Part shown: one piece after another, positions 18,760 to 30,300 of the stretch
Numbering within the stretch: position 1 is the first letter of the stretch
Layout: each line of letters begins with the position of its first letter
Origin: Myxococcota bacterium
GTDB taxonomy: Bacteria; UBA10199; JACPAL01; GCA-016699445
Direction of reading: 5' to 3'
NCBI GenBank assembly: GCA_052033505.1
Contig: JBPOJN010000020.1
Coordinates: 7,888-71,887 of the forward strand
Length of the DNA: 64,000 nt
Notes under the pieces: generated by a model
Told to the model about the DNA's origin: nothing
Seen by the model: only the letters and a program-made list of their open reading frames with translations
The model's database searches: none
Position numbers and translations under genes: made by a program

Positions 18760-21219
18760 TTGAACGAAAACGTAGCTATGCGTATCACTCAGGATAACGC
18801 TTCAGCCTTACAACAGCTTCTTGGTCTGCCATCAGAGCGTTTCCCGGTAGGTGGAACCATGACCGTTGGACCTTCTCCGAACTCTTCGGGATTCTTCACA
18901 GGTGGGCATACCCATACCATTGTCATCTCCGATCCTGCGCAACAGAAATACTTTCATCTTTTCACAAGAGACAATGCCGTTGTCATTGAAGACAGTCCTG
19001 CTGCTAACAGACCTCCCTACATGGTGCCTGTACGTGGTTTGGAGATGGTTTTTAACATCTTGCATGATAATCCGGATGCCTCGGCAGAACGGCTTGGCGT
19101 TTTGTTGGCTGAAGCAGCTTCTGCGGTTATTAAAATTCCTGGCGATGACAGCGTAGCAGAATTGGAACATAGAGCCATTGCTGGTGAAAAGATCCCCATA
19201 ATCAATTGGCCCCTTGTAAAACAGGCTATCATGAAAGCTCTTGAGCTTGAGACATGGCCGAAGCGAATCCTCTTGTATACTACGAGAGAGCAATGGGCCC
19301 AGTCTTGTGCTAATTATGTGGAGTTTTCTTTGAAAGGAGAAAGAAATGGACCGAGGTTTCTACTAAATCTTGAGGGGCGGCATGAATCGTCTTTTAGTAA
19401 TCCGATAGGGGCAGGATATGATCTGATAGGGGCAACGATAACACAATCAGAGGAGGATTTGGCAGAACGCTACGAAAGACTTACTAGACCATTTAGCTCG
19501 ACTGACGCTATGGAGGGTCAAAAATTCCTGCTTGAAAGAGCTGAAGCGAAATTGAATTTTCTGAAGAGTTTATCCAGTGATGACCCTAAAAACTCCAGTT
19601 TGGTAATTTTTCTTTACCGTCAAGGGGCCCCTGAATTTACAGCCGCAAGCTCTAGAACGCGTGGGGACCTAACGAATAATCCGAAAGAGATTATTTTGAC
19701 CGTAGGTCCACAGACAATCGAGAATCCACCCAGTGATAAAATTCCCATACTAAACCTAGACCACATAGAGGGACGAGAAATCCAGTCACCCCCATTACAC
19801 CATGGGGAGGAGCTCCGACGTCTTATCACACTATTGACGCCTATGCGTGTTACCTTCTCATCAGAAGCTCCTGCATGGAGCCTCATCACTGCAATTCGCA
19901 GAATCTTTGTTCCAAACGCTGATATTTTGACACAGGAAGATATTTTGTATTCTTCTTTCAAAGATCCATCGATGAGAGAAGAATGCCTTCGAAGATGGGC
20001 AGAAGAACCTCAAGAGACAAGACAGCGGGTAGTTCGTGTGATGTTGGGACAAATCAGACCTCCAAAAGGCAAGATGGACGCAAGCGGCGCCGAGGTATTC
20101 GCTAAATTCGTATTGAATTTGACAGAACTTGATCCCAGCTGCCTTTCTCCAGAAGATCTCGACGACACAAAAAAGATATTAGTCGTATTTTTTCAAAAAA
20201 AGATTTCAGAATATTTATCATCCTCAGAAAGGGGTGCCCCAAGTTTTACACCAGGATGGATGGGCGACTTCGTGTCTGAGTATCCTTATTTTGCTCCATT
20301 TCAAGAAGAACTCTTTCCCATTTATAAATTCGCCGCAGAAACGGCTGTAGAAGGTTATCTAAACCCTCATCCGGATGTAGCACGTTATTTAAACCCTCAT
20401 CCGGAGGCACGTCAAAATCGCCTGCAAAAAGTGTGGAAAATTTTGAAGAAGACCGGAACAGCAGGAGTCGATATTGCCGCTCTTGCAAAAAGTATCCAAT
20501 CGGCAGCCCCTGATGAATGCCTCGCCTTAGAAAAACCGGATGAATTTAACAAGGTTCTGTCTCCACTTCGATTACGGGTCGCGGAAGCCAAAAAAATGTC
20601 TCTCCAAAGAGAGCTCGATCGGATTGTAGGCTCAGAGGAGTTTTTGAGGGTATACGCGGAAGCTCAAGATTTGAGGATTCTTCAATCAATCCTTGGGATG
20701 GGGCCTGTTAATAAAGCAGAAACTACCACACCACCTCCTCAACCGCCCGCTTCTTTGGAAGATGTTCCCTCGCCGAAGGTAGCCCGCCTTCCCAGGCCTC
20801 TAAAAGCCGCTTTTAGAAAAGCACTACACTTATTGAACGCACGGCCGAACGCCTCTACTAGTAGAGACGTTCAACTCGAGCTGCGAAGCCTCTCGATTGC
20901 TTATGATAAGGCTGTGAGGACGGAGAGTTCGGATGCATTACGACGTCTTCGGGAAGAGATCCAAAGAGTCATCGGCATTGAAACAACCTCTCTCGAAGAA
21001 CGGCTTAGAGAAACCGAAGCCGAAATCGAAAGAATACAAGGGGAGCGTTCGCGGGCGATCCAAGGCAAAATTATGAGCCAAAATATAATCGCTCGAAAAT
21101 ATGACATCATTAAATCTGTCCGAGAAAAACTGGCGATACCACATGATGGTTCTGAAGACCTTCTGCTAGGTCTTCGGGAAATGTTCGATAGCTTATTAAG
21201 AAAATTTGGAATTGTTTGA
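18760..21219 (+). CDS. Large hypothetical protein (819 aa), low-GC orphan
   Basis: Continuous ORF with ~43-46% GC against ~60% flanks. No NTP-binding or catalytic motif seen. Internal tandem YLNPHPDVAR/YLNPHPEAR repeat; coiled-coil C-terminus. Confidence 0.55.
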   Translation: MNENVAMRITQDNASALQQLLGLPSERFPVGGTMTVGPSPNSSGFFTGGHTHTIVISDPAQQKYFHLFTRDNAVVIEDSPAANRPPYMVPVRGLEMVFNILHDNPDASAERLGVLLAEAASAVIKIPGDDSVAELEHRAIAGEKIPIINWPLVKQAIMKALELETWPKRILLYTTREQWAQSCANYVEFSLKGERNGPRFLLNLEGRHESSFSNPIGAGYDLIGATITQSEEDLAERYERLTRPFSSTDAMEGQKFLLERAEAKLNFLKSLSSDDPKNSSLVIFLYRQGAPEFTAASSRTRGDLTNNPKEIILTVGPQTIENPPSDKIPILNLDHIEGREIQSPPLHHGEELRRLITLLTPMRVTFSSEAPAWSLITAIRRIFVPNADILTQEDILYSSFKDPSMREECLRRWAEEPQETRQRVVRVMLGQIRPPKGKMDASGAEVFAKFVLNLTELDPSCLSPEDLDDTKKILVVFFQKKISEYLSSSERGAPSFTPGWMGDFVSEYPYFAPFQEELFPIYKFAAETAVEGYLNPHPDVARYLNPHPEARQNRLQKVWKILKKTGTAGVDIAALAKSIQSAAPDECLALEKPDEFNKVLSPLRLRVAEAKKMSLQRELDRIVGSEEFLRVYAEAQDLRILQSILGMGPVNKAETTTPPPQPPASLEDVPSPKVARLPRPLKAAFRKALHLLNARPNASTSRDVQLELRSLSIAYDKAVRTESSDALRRLREEIQRVIGIETTSLEERLRETEAEIERIQGERSRAIQGKIMSQNIIARKYDIIKSVREKLAIPHDGSEDLLLGLREMFDSLLRKFGIV

Positions 21220-21626
21220 ACGATGCTTCTCCAGCCGGGCTAGATCCGTACGTTCCTGGACCGCGACGGTTGTGGAATCCGCCTTCTTTGCTGGCCATGG
21301 AACCGCTTTATGGACGGAGGCTCCAAGACTTAAGCGAATCGGAAAGGACTGAACTCTTCCGTCAAGCGCTTCTCGATCGCAAACCGCAGGATCTTACCGA
21401 CGTTATTCGGAACATGGGAACCATTCGCGATACGGAAGCGTTCGGCCGCATCGGAGGCCTCCTGGAAGAAATGATTCGCGAGGAGGATCCTCTACAGGCT
21501 CTGGAAACGATCTATCCGCGACTTTCGGATTACGGTTTTTGCTTGCAGGATTGCTATATCAAAGTCGTGCTCATGTTCAGTACTTGGCAGGGGACGAAAA
21601 AGAGTTTTGGCCAAGTCGGGCGTTGA
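21216..21626 (+). CDS. Hypothetical protein (start overlaps upstream stop, ATGA)
   Basis: 136-aa ORF, 4-nt overlap with the 819-aa gene; no motif. Confidence 0.35.
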   Translation: MNDASPAGLDPYVPGPRRLWNPPSLLAMEPLYGRRLQDLSESERTELFRQALLDRKPQDLTDVIRNMGTIRDTEAFGRIGGLLEEMIREEDPLQALETIYPRLSDYGFCLQDCYIKVVLMFSTWQGTKKSFGQVGR

Positions 21627-21650
21627 CATTATCATTATAATGATAATACT
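21623..21650 (+). promoter_or_regulatory. Promoter with perfect 20-bp palindromic operator for the phd-parE operon
   Basis: TTGACA at 21623-28 followed by ATTATCATTATAATGATAAT (21628-21647), a perfect palindrome containing a TATAAT-like box, 12 nt upstream of the antitoxin start. Confidence 0.55.
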
Positions 21651-21658
21651 CTGCCTTC

Positions 21659-21919
21659 ATGCCCCGCATCGTCCCCATCTCGGATCTTAGGAACAAGACC
21701 AATGAAGTCGTCGAACTGTGTCACGAAGGAGATCCCGTTTTTGTCACCCGGAATGGCGAAGGGGAGCTCGTGGTCATGAGCCAGGCGCTCTACGAACAAA
21801 TGACCGCCCAGATCGAACTTTATCAGAAGCTGGAAGAGGCCGAAGGCGAACGCCGGGCGGGTCATCGCGGTTTTTCGCACGAAGACGTCATGAAATCCCT
21901 GCGGGCGCGCCTGCCGTGA
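21659..21919 (+). CDS. Phd/YefM family antitoxin
   Basis: MPRIVPISDLRNKTNEVVELCHEGDPVFVTRNGEGELVVMSQALYEQM matches the YefM/Phd N-terminal fold consensus; 86 aa. Confidence 0.8.
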   Translation: MPRIVPISDLRNKTNEVVELCHEGDPVFVTRNGEGELVVMSQALYEQMTAQIELYQKLEEAEGERRAGHRGFSHEDVMKSLRARLP

Positions 21920-22221
21920 AGGGCGGCTACGCCCTGTCCTACCTACCTCGGGCCAAGAGCGACCTCGAAACCATCTTTGATTATATCTGCAGGGACGCTC
22001 CCTCGAGAGCTCCCGCTTTCCTGAAGAAAATCGACCGAACCGTACAGCGTCTGAAAAGTTTTCCGTTGTCGGGAGCGATGCCAAAAGACGGATTGCTGAA
22101 AAAGAAAGGCTATCGATTCCTGACGATCGAAAACTATCTTGTTTTTTATCGCGTCGAGAAAAAGGCCGTTTGGATCTATCGGGTATTGCGCGGCAAACGG
22201 CGGTATGAATTAATCCTCTGA
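21916..22221 (+). CDS. ParE/RelE superfamily toxin
   Basis: GTG start overlapping the antitoxin stop (GTGA). YALSYLPRAKSDLETIFDYICRDAPSRA...ENYLVFYRVEKKAVWIYRVLRGKRRYE is the ParE-type consensus. Present in the ORF track only as a 5'-overextended ORF. Confidence 0.75.
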   Translation: MKGGYALSYLPRAKSDLETIFDYICRDAPSRAPAFLKKIDRTVQRLKSFPLSGAMPKDGLLKKKGYRFLTIENYLVFYRVEKKAVWIYRVLRGKRRYELIL

Positions 22222-22234
22222 CCGTCACCGTCTC

Positions 22235-24316
22235 ATGCAAAAGCTCCTCCCACCATTAGTCATTTCGTTTACGCTCCTTCTTTTTATACTTTTTTATACG
22301 TCACGCTACAACGCCGCGCCCAAGATCCGGACCTTTCTGGATCGGGGCGGCCGCGTGATCGGTAGCGTTGATTCCGCTTATCAGGGCATTCAGTCTTGGA
22401 CGCCTCTCTCGGAGATCCCCGAAACTTTGATCGATAAAACGATCCGCCAGGAAGATCGCTTTTTCTATTGGCATCGCGGCGTCAATCCCTTCGCCGTGCT
22501 CAAGGCGGCCGCCGAGAACATAACGCGGCGGCGTTTCGCACGCGGCGGGTCGACGATCACGCAGCAGTTGGCGAAAAATCTCATGCAGGAACGCGCGTGC
22601 CGGGCGGCGTCTTCTTGCGCCCCGCTGCCGCGGACGTTCGCGAATAAATTCCGGGAGACCTTGCTCGCATTGGGTTTGGAGGCGAAGCATTCGAAAGCAT
22701 GGATCCTCGAGCGTTACCTGAATTCGATTTATTACGGCCGGCGCGCCTACGGCATCGCGGCGGCGGCTTCCGTCTATTTCGGAGATGATTTGAACGAGCT
22801 CTCAGAAGCGAAGATGGATTTTTTGGTGGCGAGACCCAAGGCGCCCAATCGTCGCTCCTCTTTTCCTTTTAAAGACGATCCCGCTTTCGCGGATAAAATC
22901 CCGGGGCGGCACTTTTTGGAATTCGTCTCCCGCTCTCAACGCTTCCAAGATCCCGAAAATGCGAATCCGTCCGTTATTACGACTCTCGATGTAAACTTAC
23001 AATCCCAGCTCGAAACCGCGACCGCCCGGTTGCTCGCAAGCCGGGCGTTAGAAGACCCGAAGCTGACCGCAGCGGTCGTCGTAATCGACGTACGGTCCGG
23101 CGACGTGCTCGCGATGGTGGGCTCGCGCGATTATTTCAATGAAGAGATCGACGGACAGGTGAACGCCGCGACCGCGCTCCGGCAGCCAGGCTCGGCCTTA
23201 AAACCCTTCACCTACTTCGCGGCCTTTGCGAAGGGCTTCGGGCCGGACTCGATCGTGCCGGATGAACCTTTGAGTTTCACCGCCGTGGGATTGGGCGCGG
23301 ACGAGTCGGAAGCCTACGCGCCGCAGAATTTCGACCGTCTCTACCACGGCAATATGACGATCCGTCAGGCGCTCGCGAATTCTTACAACGTCCCGGCGGT
23401 CGTGACGCTCAATCAAATCGGCCTGTCTTACTATCACGAGATCTTAAAAAAATTCGGCATCACGACGCTGCACCGTTCGCCGATGTATTACGGGCTGTCG
23501 GTGACCCTGGGCTCGGGCGAGGTCACACTTTTGGAGCTCACGAACGCTTATGCGGCGCTCGCGCGCGGAGGGCTTTCGCTTCCTTACCGTTTTCTGAAAG
23601 AAGAAAATCCCGCGCCGACTTCGCCGGAAGCCGTGATGCCAAACGCTTCATTTTACGCGTCGCAAGTCACGAACATCCTCTCGGACCCGCAGGCACGCTT
23701 GAAGGCGTTCGGTTTCAACGATCACATGACGGTCGAAGGTCACAACGCCGCGATCAAGACCGGCACAAGCTACGAGCATCGCGATAATTGGGCCCTGGGC
23801 TATTCACCTTCGTACGCCGTAGGAGTCTGGGTGGGGCACGCGGACGGATCGCCGATTCCGCTGGACGAAAACGGAGGCGTTTCGACGGGAGCCTCCGGTG
23901 CGGCGCCCCTCTGGCACGCGGCCATGGAAATTTTATTGCGCGCCAAGCCGCCTGAATTTTTCGCCAGCCGATGGGGGGCATCGGGGGGAGAATCGGCATT
24001 CGCCCCCCGATTTGAGCCGAAACATCTGGCCTTGCCAGTGCGAGGCGGATTGAAAATCGAAGTCCCGGTCGCCAACAGCGTCTATCGCGTCCACTCTTAC
24101 CTCCCGCTCGCTCATCAAAAAATCTTGGCCCGCGTGACGTTCGCCCCCGAACAAAAATCGCCGCTGCGTTGGTACCTCGATGGTCGTTCCCTTACGGCGG
24201 ATTCTCGTGTATCGGAGGTCTGGATTTCGCCAGAGGAAGGGCGTCATGAACTGCAAGTCGTTGCGGACAATGGGGAGACGCAATCGGTCAGCTTTCGCGT
24301 ACTCAAAGAAAACTAA
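22235..24316 (+). CDS. pbpC: Penicillin-binding protein 1C (transglycosylase/transpeptidase)
   Basis: GT51 motifs (RFFYWHRGVNPFA, GGSTITQQLAKNL), a transpeptidase domain and a C-terminal PBP1C-type beta domain. Adjacent to the alpha-2-macroglobulin gene, as is usual. Confidence 0.85.
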   Translation: MQKLLPPLVISFTLLLFILFYTSRYNAAPKIRTFLDRGGRVIGSVDSAYQGIQSWTPLSEIPETLIDKTIRQEDRFFYWHRGVNPFAVLKAAAENITRRRFARGGSTITQQLAKNLMQERACRAASSCAPLPRTFANKFRETLLALGLEAKHSKAWILERYLNSIYYGRRAYGIAAAASVYFGDDLNELSEAKMDFLVARPKAPNRRSSFPFKDDPAFADKIPGRHFLEFVSRSQRFQDPENANPSVITTLDVNLQSQLETATARLLASRALEDPKLTAAVVVIDVRSGDVLAMVGSRDYFNEEIDGQVNAATALRQPGSALKPFTYFAAFAKGFGPDSIVPDEPLSFTAVGLGADESEAYAPQNFDRLYHGNMTIRQALANSYNVPAVVTLNQIGLSYYHEILKKFGITTLHRSPMYYGLSVTLGSGEVTLLELTNAYAALARGGLSLPYRFLKEENPAPTSPEAVMPNASFYASQVTNILSDPQARLKAFGFNDHMTVEGHNAAIKTGTSYEHRDNWALGYSPSYAVGVWVGHADGSPIPLDENGGVSTGASGAAPLWHAAMEILLRAKPPEFFASRWGASGGESAFAPRFEPKHLALPVRGGLKIEVPVANSVYRVHSYLPLAHQKILARVTFAPEQKSPLRWYLDGRSLTADSRVSEVWISPEEGRHELQVVADNGETQSVSFRVLKEN

Positions 24317-24324
24317 GGAAACCT

Positions 24325-27300
24325 ATGAAAAAAACCGTCATCGTCGTGGGCACGCTCCTGGGCTTGGGCGTCTTGGCCGCCGGAGGCCTGTTGATCCATA
24401 AACTGGGATTCTTCAAACCCACGATCAGAGGCGACTTAAGCGTCCTCTCCTATGCGCCGCAAGGAGCGAATGTCCCGATTTCCGCCGACGGCATCACGGT
24501 CATGTTCAACAAACCAATCGTTCCGCTCACGGCCCTCGACGAAGGCCGCGGCAAATCCGTCCCGCTCAAAATCACGCCGGACGTGGACGGAAAATTTTTC
24601 TGGTTGGGCACTCAGGGATTCATCTTCCGGCCGGAGAAACCCTTGGACCCCGCCACGATCTACCACGTCGAACTTCCCGACGGGCTCGTCTCCCTCGACG
24701 GTTACCGCCTGCAAAAAAAAATCGCCTGGAACTTCGAAACCGTCGCGCCGCGCCTGCTGACGTGGGAGCCGTCCACGTCGCAAACCTTGATACCGAAATT
24801 CGCGTCCGTGTTTTTAAGGTTCAACATCGCCATGGACCGTGACGACGTGGAAAAGAAACTGGCGGCCGCCGACGAGGCTACGGGACAGGCCCTGTCCACT
24901 AAGAAAAAATTCGAATGGGAAGACGACGATCACGCAGTGCGCGTGACGTTCACGGACGAACTGCCTTGGAACAGTTCGATCGTACTCATGCTTCCCGCCG
25001 GGGCGCGCGCGAAAAAAGGCACCCTGGGCCTGTCGTCGCCCACGAAAGTCACCTACACGACGCCGGAAAAAATCCTGTCAGTCAAAGAAGTGAATTTCTT
25101 CGATTTCGAAGAGGGCAAGAACACGATCCTCACCCCCGGGCAGGAAACGCCCGCCCCTCAAGGCGCCATCGTTTGCTACAAATTCAACCAGCCCCTCGAA
25201 AAAGCATCTTTCCAGGAAGCCTTTTCCGTCTCGCCGAAAAAACAGCCTTATTTTTCGTTCAGCGGCATCCAATACCGACAGATCGTGGACCCCGCCCGCA
25301 CAGACGGGCGCTTAAAAGACATCGAAGGGTATTCCAACGCCTGCATTTCTTTCATGGACGACTACGACACGAAGTATACGTTTTCGATCGATCCTAAAAA
25401 AATCCGTTCGTTGTCCGGCGTGCCGGCCGAAGACGGAGGCGAAACTTACAACGTCGCCACGTCCTCGGCGAAGCCCGAGATCCATTCTCTGCTGACCAAG
25501 AACATTCTTTCTTATTCCGGACCCGAGGGTTCCATGGCGATTCCCTACCGTGCGACCAACGTCGACTCGGTTACGGTGCGGCTTTATCCCTTATCCGACA
25601 AAAAACTCTACAACGAGGGCCTGCGCGACCTGCGTGTGACGCCGCCGCAAGAAGACGACGTGGCCAAAGTCCCCTCGCTATCGGACTTGCCCCTTCCTCT
25701 CGATGCCCAGACCTGGGCAATCGACAGCACCAAGTCGCCCGCCTGGACGGAGAGCCAGATCCCTGTCTCCGCCGCGAAAAATGCCTCGCAAAAATTTACC
25801 GTCGATCTCGCCGCCCTCCCGCAAAAACCGGGCCCCGGTCTCTACCTGGTCGAAATCCTTGCGCATCCGCGTACGGACATGAACGCCGGATCTTTAAGTG
25901 ACGAAGTCCGTATATCTTTAAGCACTTATGCCATCGTACAGGTCACGACGGCCGCGATCGCGATCAAACATGAGATCGATCACGTCCTGGTCTGGGTCAC
26001 CGACATCGAGACGGGCAAGCCGCTGGCGAATATCCCGACGCACGTGACCTTGTATGAAGAAGGCCATCACCGGCAAGTCATCGCCGAAGAGGCGACGGTC
26101 TCGACGAACGCCGAAGGCGTCGGCATTCTCAAGATCAAGCCTGGGAAAAATTTGCACGTCTGCGCTGATATCATTCAACCCGGGAACGAATCCTATTCCT
26201 GCGAACCCGAGCACGAAATTTCGGGTTACCGGGCGCTCCTGAAACCCGGACCTCATTACTACGCCTATCTTTATACCGACCGGCCCATTTACCGCCCCGG
26301 TCAAAAAGTCCATTACTCTGCCTTTGTGCGCGAGGTGAAAGAGGGCCGGTATTTCTCCGTACCCGCCGGGACGCCGGTCCAAGTCTCTCTGACCAATGCG
26401 GAGTGGACGAAGGTCATGGACAACACGTCCATCACTCTTGAACCCGGAGGCGTTTTCGGCGGCGCCTACGACATCCCTTCCGACGAAGACGTGCCGCGCG
26501 GCGATTACAACCTTTCGGTTACCGTGGGCGAACAGACGTTCTCACGCACGTTTGTGGTCTCGAGCTACCGCAAACCGTCGTTCAAGGTCGATGTGAAGAC
26601 CAAGTCCGCCGAAATCCTCTCGCGCGAAAAAATCGACGCGGACGTCCAAGGCCACTACTTCTTCGGCGCGCCCATGCGCCGCGCGAAGACCACCTGGTCG
26701 ATCATGGCGACGACCTATCTTTTTTCCCCCGAAGGTTACGAAGACTACGCATTTTTCGATCCCGACCTGTTGCAAGCCCACAGCGACGCGAACGGCGACT
26801 CCTACAGCGGTGATTATGAGTACGACGTGGTTTCATCCTCCGCCGCGGGTGAAGTTGCTTACCCGGAAGATGCGGGCCAGGGCGAAGATCCGCGCGGTTC
26901 AAAGTCTTATGCAAGCTCCGAAGGATTTTTAAAAAACGATCAAGGCAAGGACGTCGTCGACCAGAAAACGGTCTTAAGCGAAGGGGGCTTGGCAAATATC
27001 CGCTACACGCCCGATCTCGCGAAATATCCCACGAGCCAGAAACTCAGCGTGGAAGCGAACGTCGAAGACCCGTCGCATCAGTTGGTTTCCTCTTCCGAAG
27101 ACGTCATCGTCCACAAAGCCGGGATCTACTTCGGCGTCAAACCCGAGAAATGGGTCTACGGCGAAAAAGAAAAAGCCGTGATCGACGTGGTCACCGTCGA
27201 TACTCTGGGAAAACCCGCGCCGAAGACGTCTTTTACCGTCGACGTCGTGCGCCGCGAATACAAATACATTGAGACGCGTACCGCAGGCGGATACTGGGAA

Positions 27301-30300
27301 TTGAAATTCGAACATGAAGACGTAGCGCTGAAAACCCTGTCGGGAAAAACGGACGGCCAAGGTCGCGGGGCCGTAGAGTTTCAAATCCCCAAAGGAGGCA
27401 CCTATCGCTTCCTCGCGAAGGGCAAAGACAAACACGGCAACCAAAACCAGTCGTCCACGACCGTCTTCGCCTGGGGCGAAGGCTACGTACCCTGGCACTT
27501 GGACACATTCGAAAAGCTCGAACTCGTCGCGGACAAGACGTCCTATAAAGTCGGCGACACCGCAAAAATCCTGGTCAAATCGCTCGTGCCCGTCACGAAG
27601 GCCTTGCTCAGCTACGAACGCGGCCGCGTGTTGGATTATAAAGTCATCGACCTCGGCGGAAACGCCGGTCACATCGAGATCCCGATCACCGAAGGCATGA
27701 TCCCGAATTTCAACGTCAGCGTGGTCGCCCACGTCGGACGCGGATCCGGCGGTACGGACGCCCATCCGCCGCTTCTGTATTTCGGCCAGGCGTCCGTCGC
27801 CGTCTCTCCCGAATCGAAGAAACTCTCGGTCACTCTGACTCCCGACCGCACGGGGGACAAAGGCGAACCGCCGGTCTACAAACCGGGTGACAAGGTCACG
27901 GTCAAAGTCCAAACCAAGGACCCGTCCGGCCGCGGCGTGAAATCCCACGTGATCGTCAGCGTTGCGGACGAGTCGGTCTTGAGGCTCTTGGATTACAAAC
28001 TCCCGGACTTGGTGAAGAAATTCTACTACTCGCGTCTCCCGGGCGTTTCGACGTCGTCTTCGCTGGTATCGTTCAAGGCCGGCGACGCGGGCACTTCCGA
28101 CGCGAAAAAACGCCGCATCTTCAAAGACACAGCTCATTTTGAAACCCACCTGACCACGAACGACCAAGGCGAAACGGAATTTTCGTTCACTCTGCCGGAC
28201 GACCTCACAACCTGGGTCGTCGAAGCGCTCGCGGCGAGTGATCCGCTTCCACGCGCCGTGGCCGAGACGGAGAAAAAAAGCACGCCGAATTCCCAGGCCG
28301 CTCTCGATGCGGATCTGAATTTTTCCGATCATCACTTCGTCGGAAGCGAACGTGCGAAGATCATGACGACGTTGCCGGTCTTAATACGCATGGCCTTTCC
28401 GCGCTTCGGGGTTTGGGGCGATCAGATCGAAGGCGCCGTCATCCTGAACAACCGCACCAACCGCGAGATCAAGGGCTCGGTCCTCTTGCAAGCCTCAGGC
28501 GACGCGCGCTTGAAGAAAGACTTAAACGAAGAAAACCTTTCGTTCTCGCTGTCACCGAAATCCGAAAAATCCCTGCCCGTTTCCCTAAACGTCATCGCGG
28601 CAAACTCGGGCCTCAATCTCTCAGCCACGGTCCAAGACGATGCGGGCACGGCACTCGACGCGGTCGAAATGAAACTGCCCGTCTATGACCGCTACGCCCC
28701 GGAGGTCGTCGCGGCCTCCGGCCTCGTCGGGCCCGACGCAGCGGAAGCGAAGGAACAAGCCGATTTCCCGAAACGCCTCTCCACCGAAAAAGGCGGCTTG
28801 GACATCTCTCTGAAATCCTCGATCGCTTTCGCGGCCGCGCCATCGCTGCGCGCCCTGATCGATTATCCCTGGAACTGCTCCGAGCAACGTTCGTCCTCTC
28901 TCATGGCGCTGCTGATCGCGCGCGATTTCACGAAACGTTTCGGCGAAAAATATTTCGATGAGCTGGCGCCTTTTCCTCCGGCAGTCTTGAAATCCATCAG
29001 CGGTCTCGCGGCGAAACAAAAACTCATCGATCAAAAAATCGCCGGCATCATCGAAGAGCTGCAGAAAAAATATCTGGTCGACTACGGCGTCCGCTACTGG
29101 CCCGAAAGTCCGTCTCCGGACCGCATCGCTAGCGCTCAAGTTTTAGTCGCCTTATCCTGGGCCCGGGCGGAAGGATTTTCGGAGGTCTGCGATTCCTGCC
29201 TGACGGACATCCGCGATTCCTACCTGCGTCCTGAAATCCAGAAATTCGCGAAAGAAATGAGCTGGGACCAAAAGGCCTTCACCGCCTGGGCACTGACCTA
29301 CGCGGACGCCCAGCCTTCCGAAACGGCCTTGATAGAAGACGTCGCGGCTCACGCGCGTGATTTGAGCGTCTCGGGCCTTTCCTATGTTTTGATGGCCATG
29401 GAAAAATCGGGCAGCTCCGGAAGCGTTTCAGAATCGCACCAAAAAGTCGTCGACCGTCTCCTGTCGCTCGCCAAGCAAGAACCGCGGCACACGAGCTGGC
29501 CCGCGTCTTCTTTCTTTTATTCCAGTTCCCAGAAAAACACGGCTTTGGCCGCTTTGGCGCTGCTGAAAGACGATGCGGCCCGCGGGTCCGTTTTAAACCC
29601 TCAGATTGCGCGCGCGGCGGCGTTTCTCTTAAACGGCAAGAAAACCAACCCGAACATCTCCACGCAGGACAGCCTCTACGCGTCGTGGTTTCTCTCCGAA
29701 CTTTCGAAGTCCATGAACGAAGACCGCACCGACTTCCGCGCGACCGTGACGGCCGCCGATAAGACGCTGTTGGAAAAATCCTTTTCTAAAAACGATTTGT
29801 TGGAAATCGCCCAGGCGCGTCTCTCAGCGGGTGAGCTCCGCGACCTTCCGCAGCCCTCCGACGTCGTTTTCAAAAAATCCGGCGACGGGACGCTGTACTA
29901 CGACATGACGCTGAAATACTACCTGCCGCCCGATCAAACGCCCACACGCGAAGAAGGCCTGATCGTCTCGCGCGAATATTACGCGATCGACGATGCGGAG
30001 GAAAAAGAGCCTCTGACGGAGTTCAAGGTCGGCGAGAACTACCGGGGGCATCTGACCTTGGTCCTCCCCCAAGAGATGAATCACGTCCTGATTCAAGACC
30101 TGCTGCCGGCCGGTTTCGAAGCCGTCGACATGACGCTCGCGACCAGCTCGCGCGCAGCGGCCCTTCAAGCGACCGCGGCGGAGGTGCCCGAACGGAACTA
30201 CGATCTCGATACTTATCTTTATGATGACGTGGTGACACAGGAGGAATTTTACGCGGACTACGCGTTCGAGCATCGGGAGATCCGGGACGACTCTCTGGTT

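Noticed and set aside
21635-22240. 201-aa minus-strand ORF and the 167-aa plus-strand ORF 21718-22221
   Set aside because: Both overlap the Phd/YefM and ParE genes. The real toxin is the GTG-initiated frame 21916-22221; the others are out-of-frame or antisense artefacts of high GC.
26974-28335. 453-aa minus-strand ORF
   Set aside because: It lies entirely antisense inside the alpha-2-macroglobulin gene. It has an Arg/Gly/Asp-rich composition typical of spurious GC-rich antisense frames.
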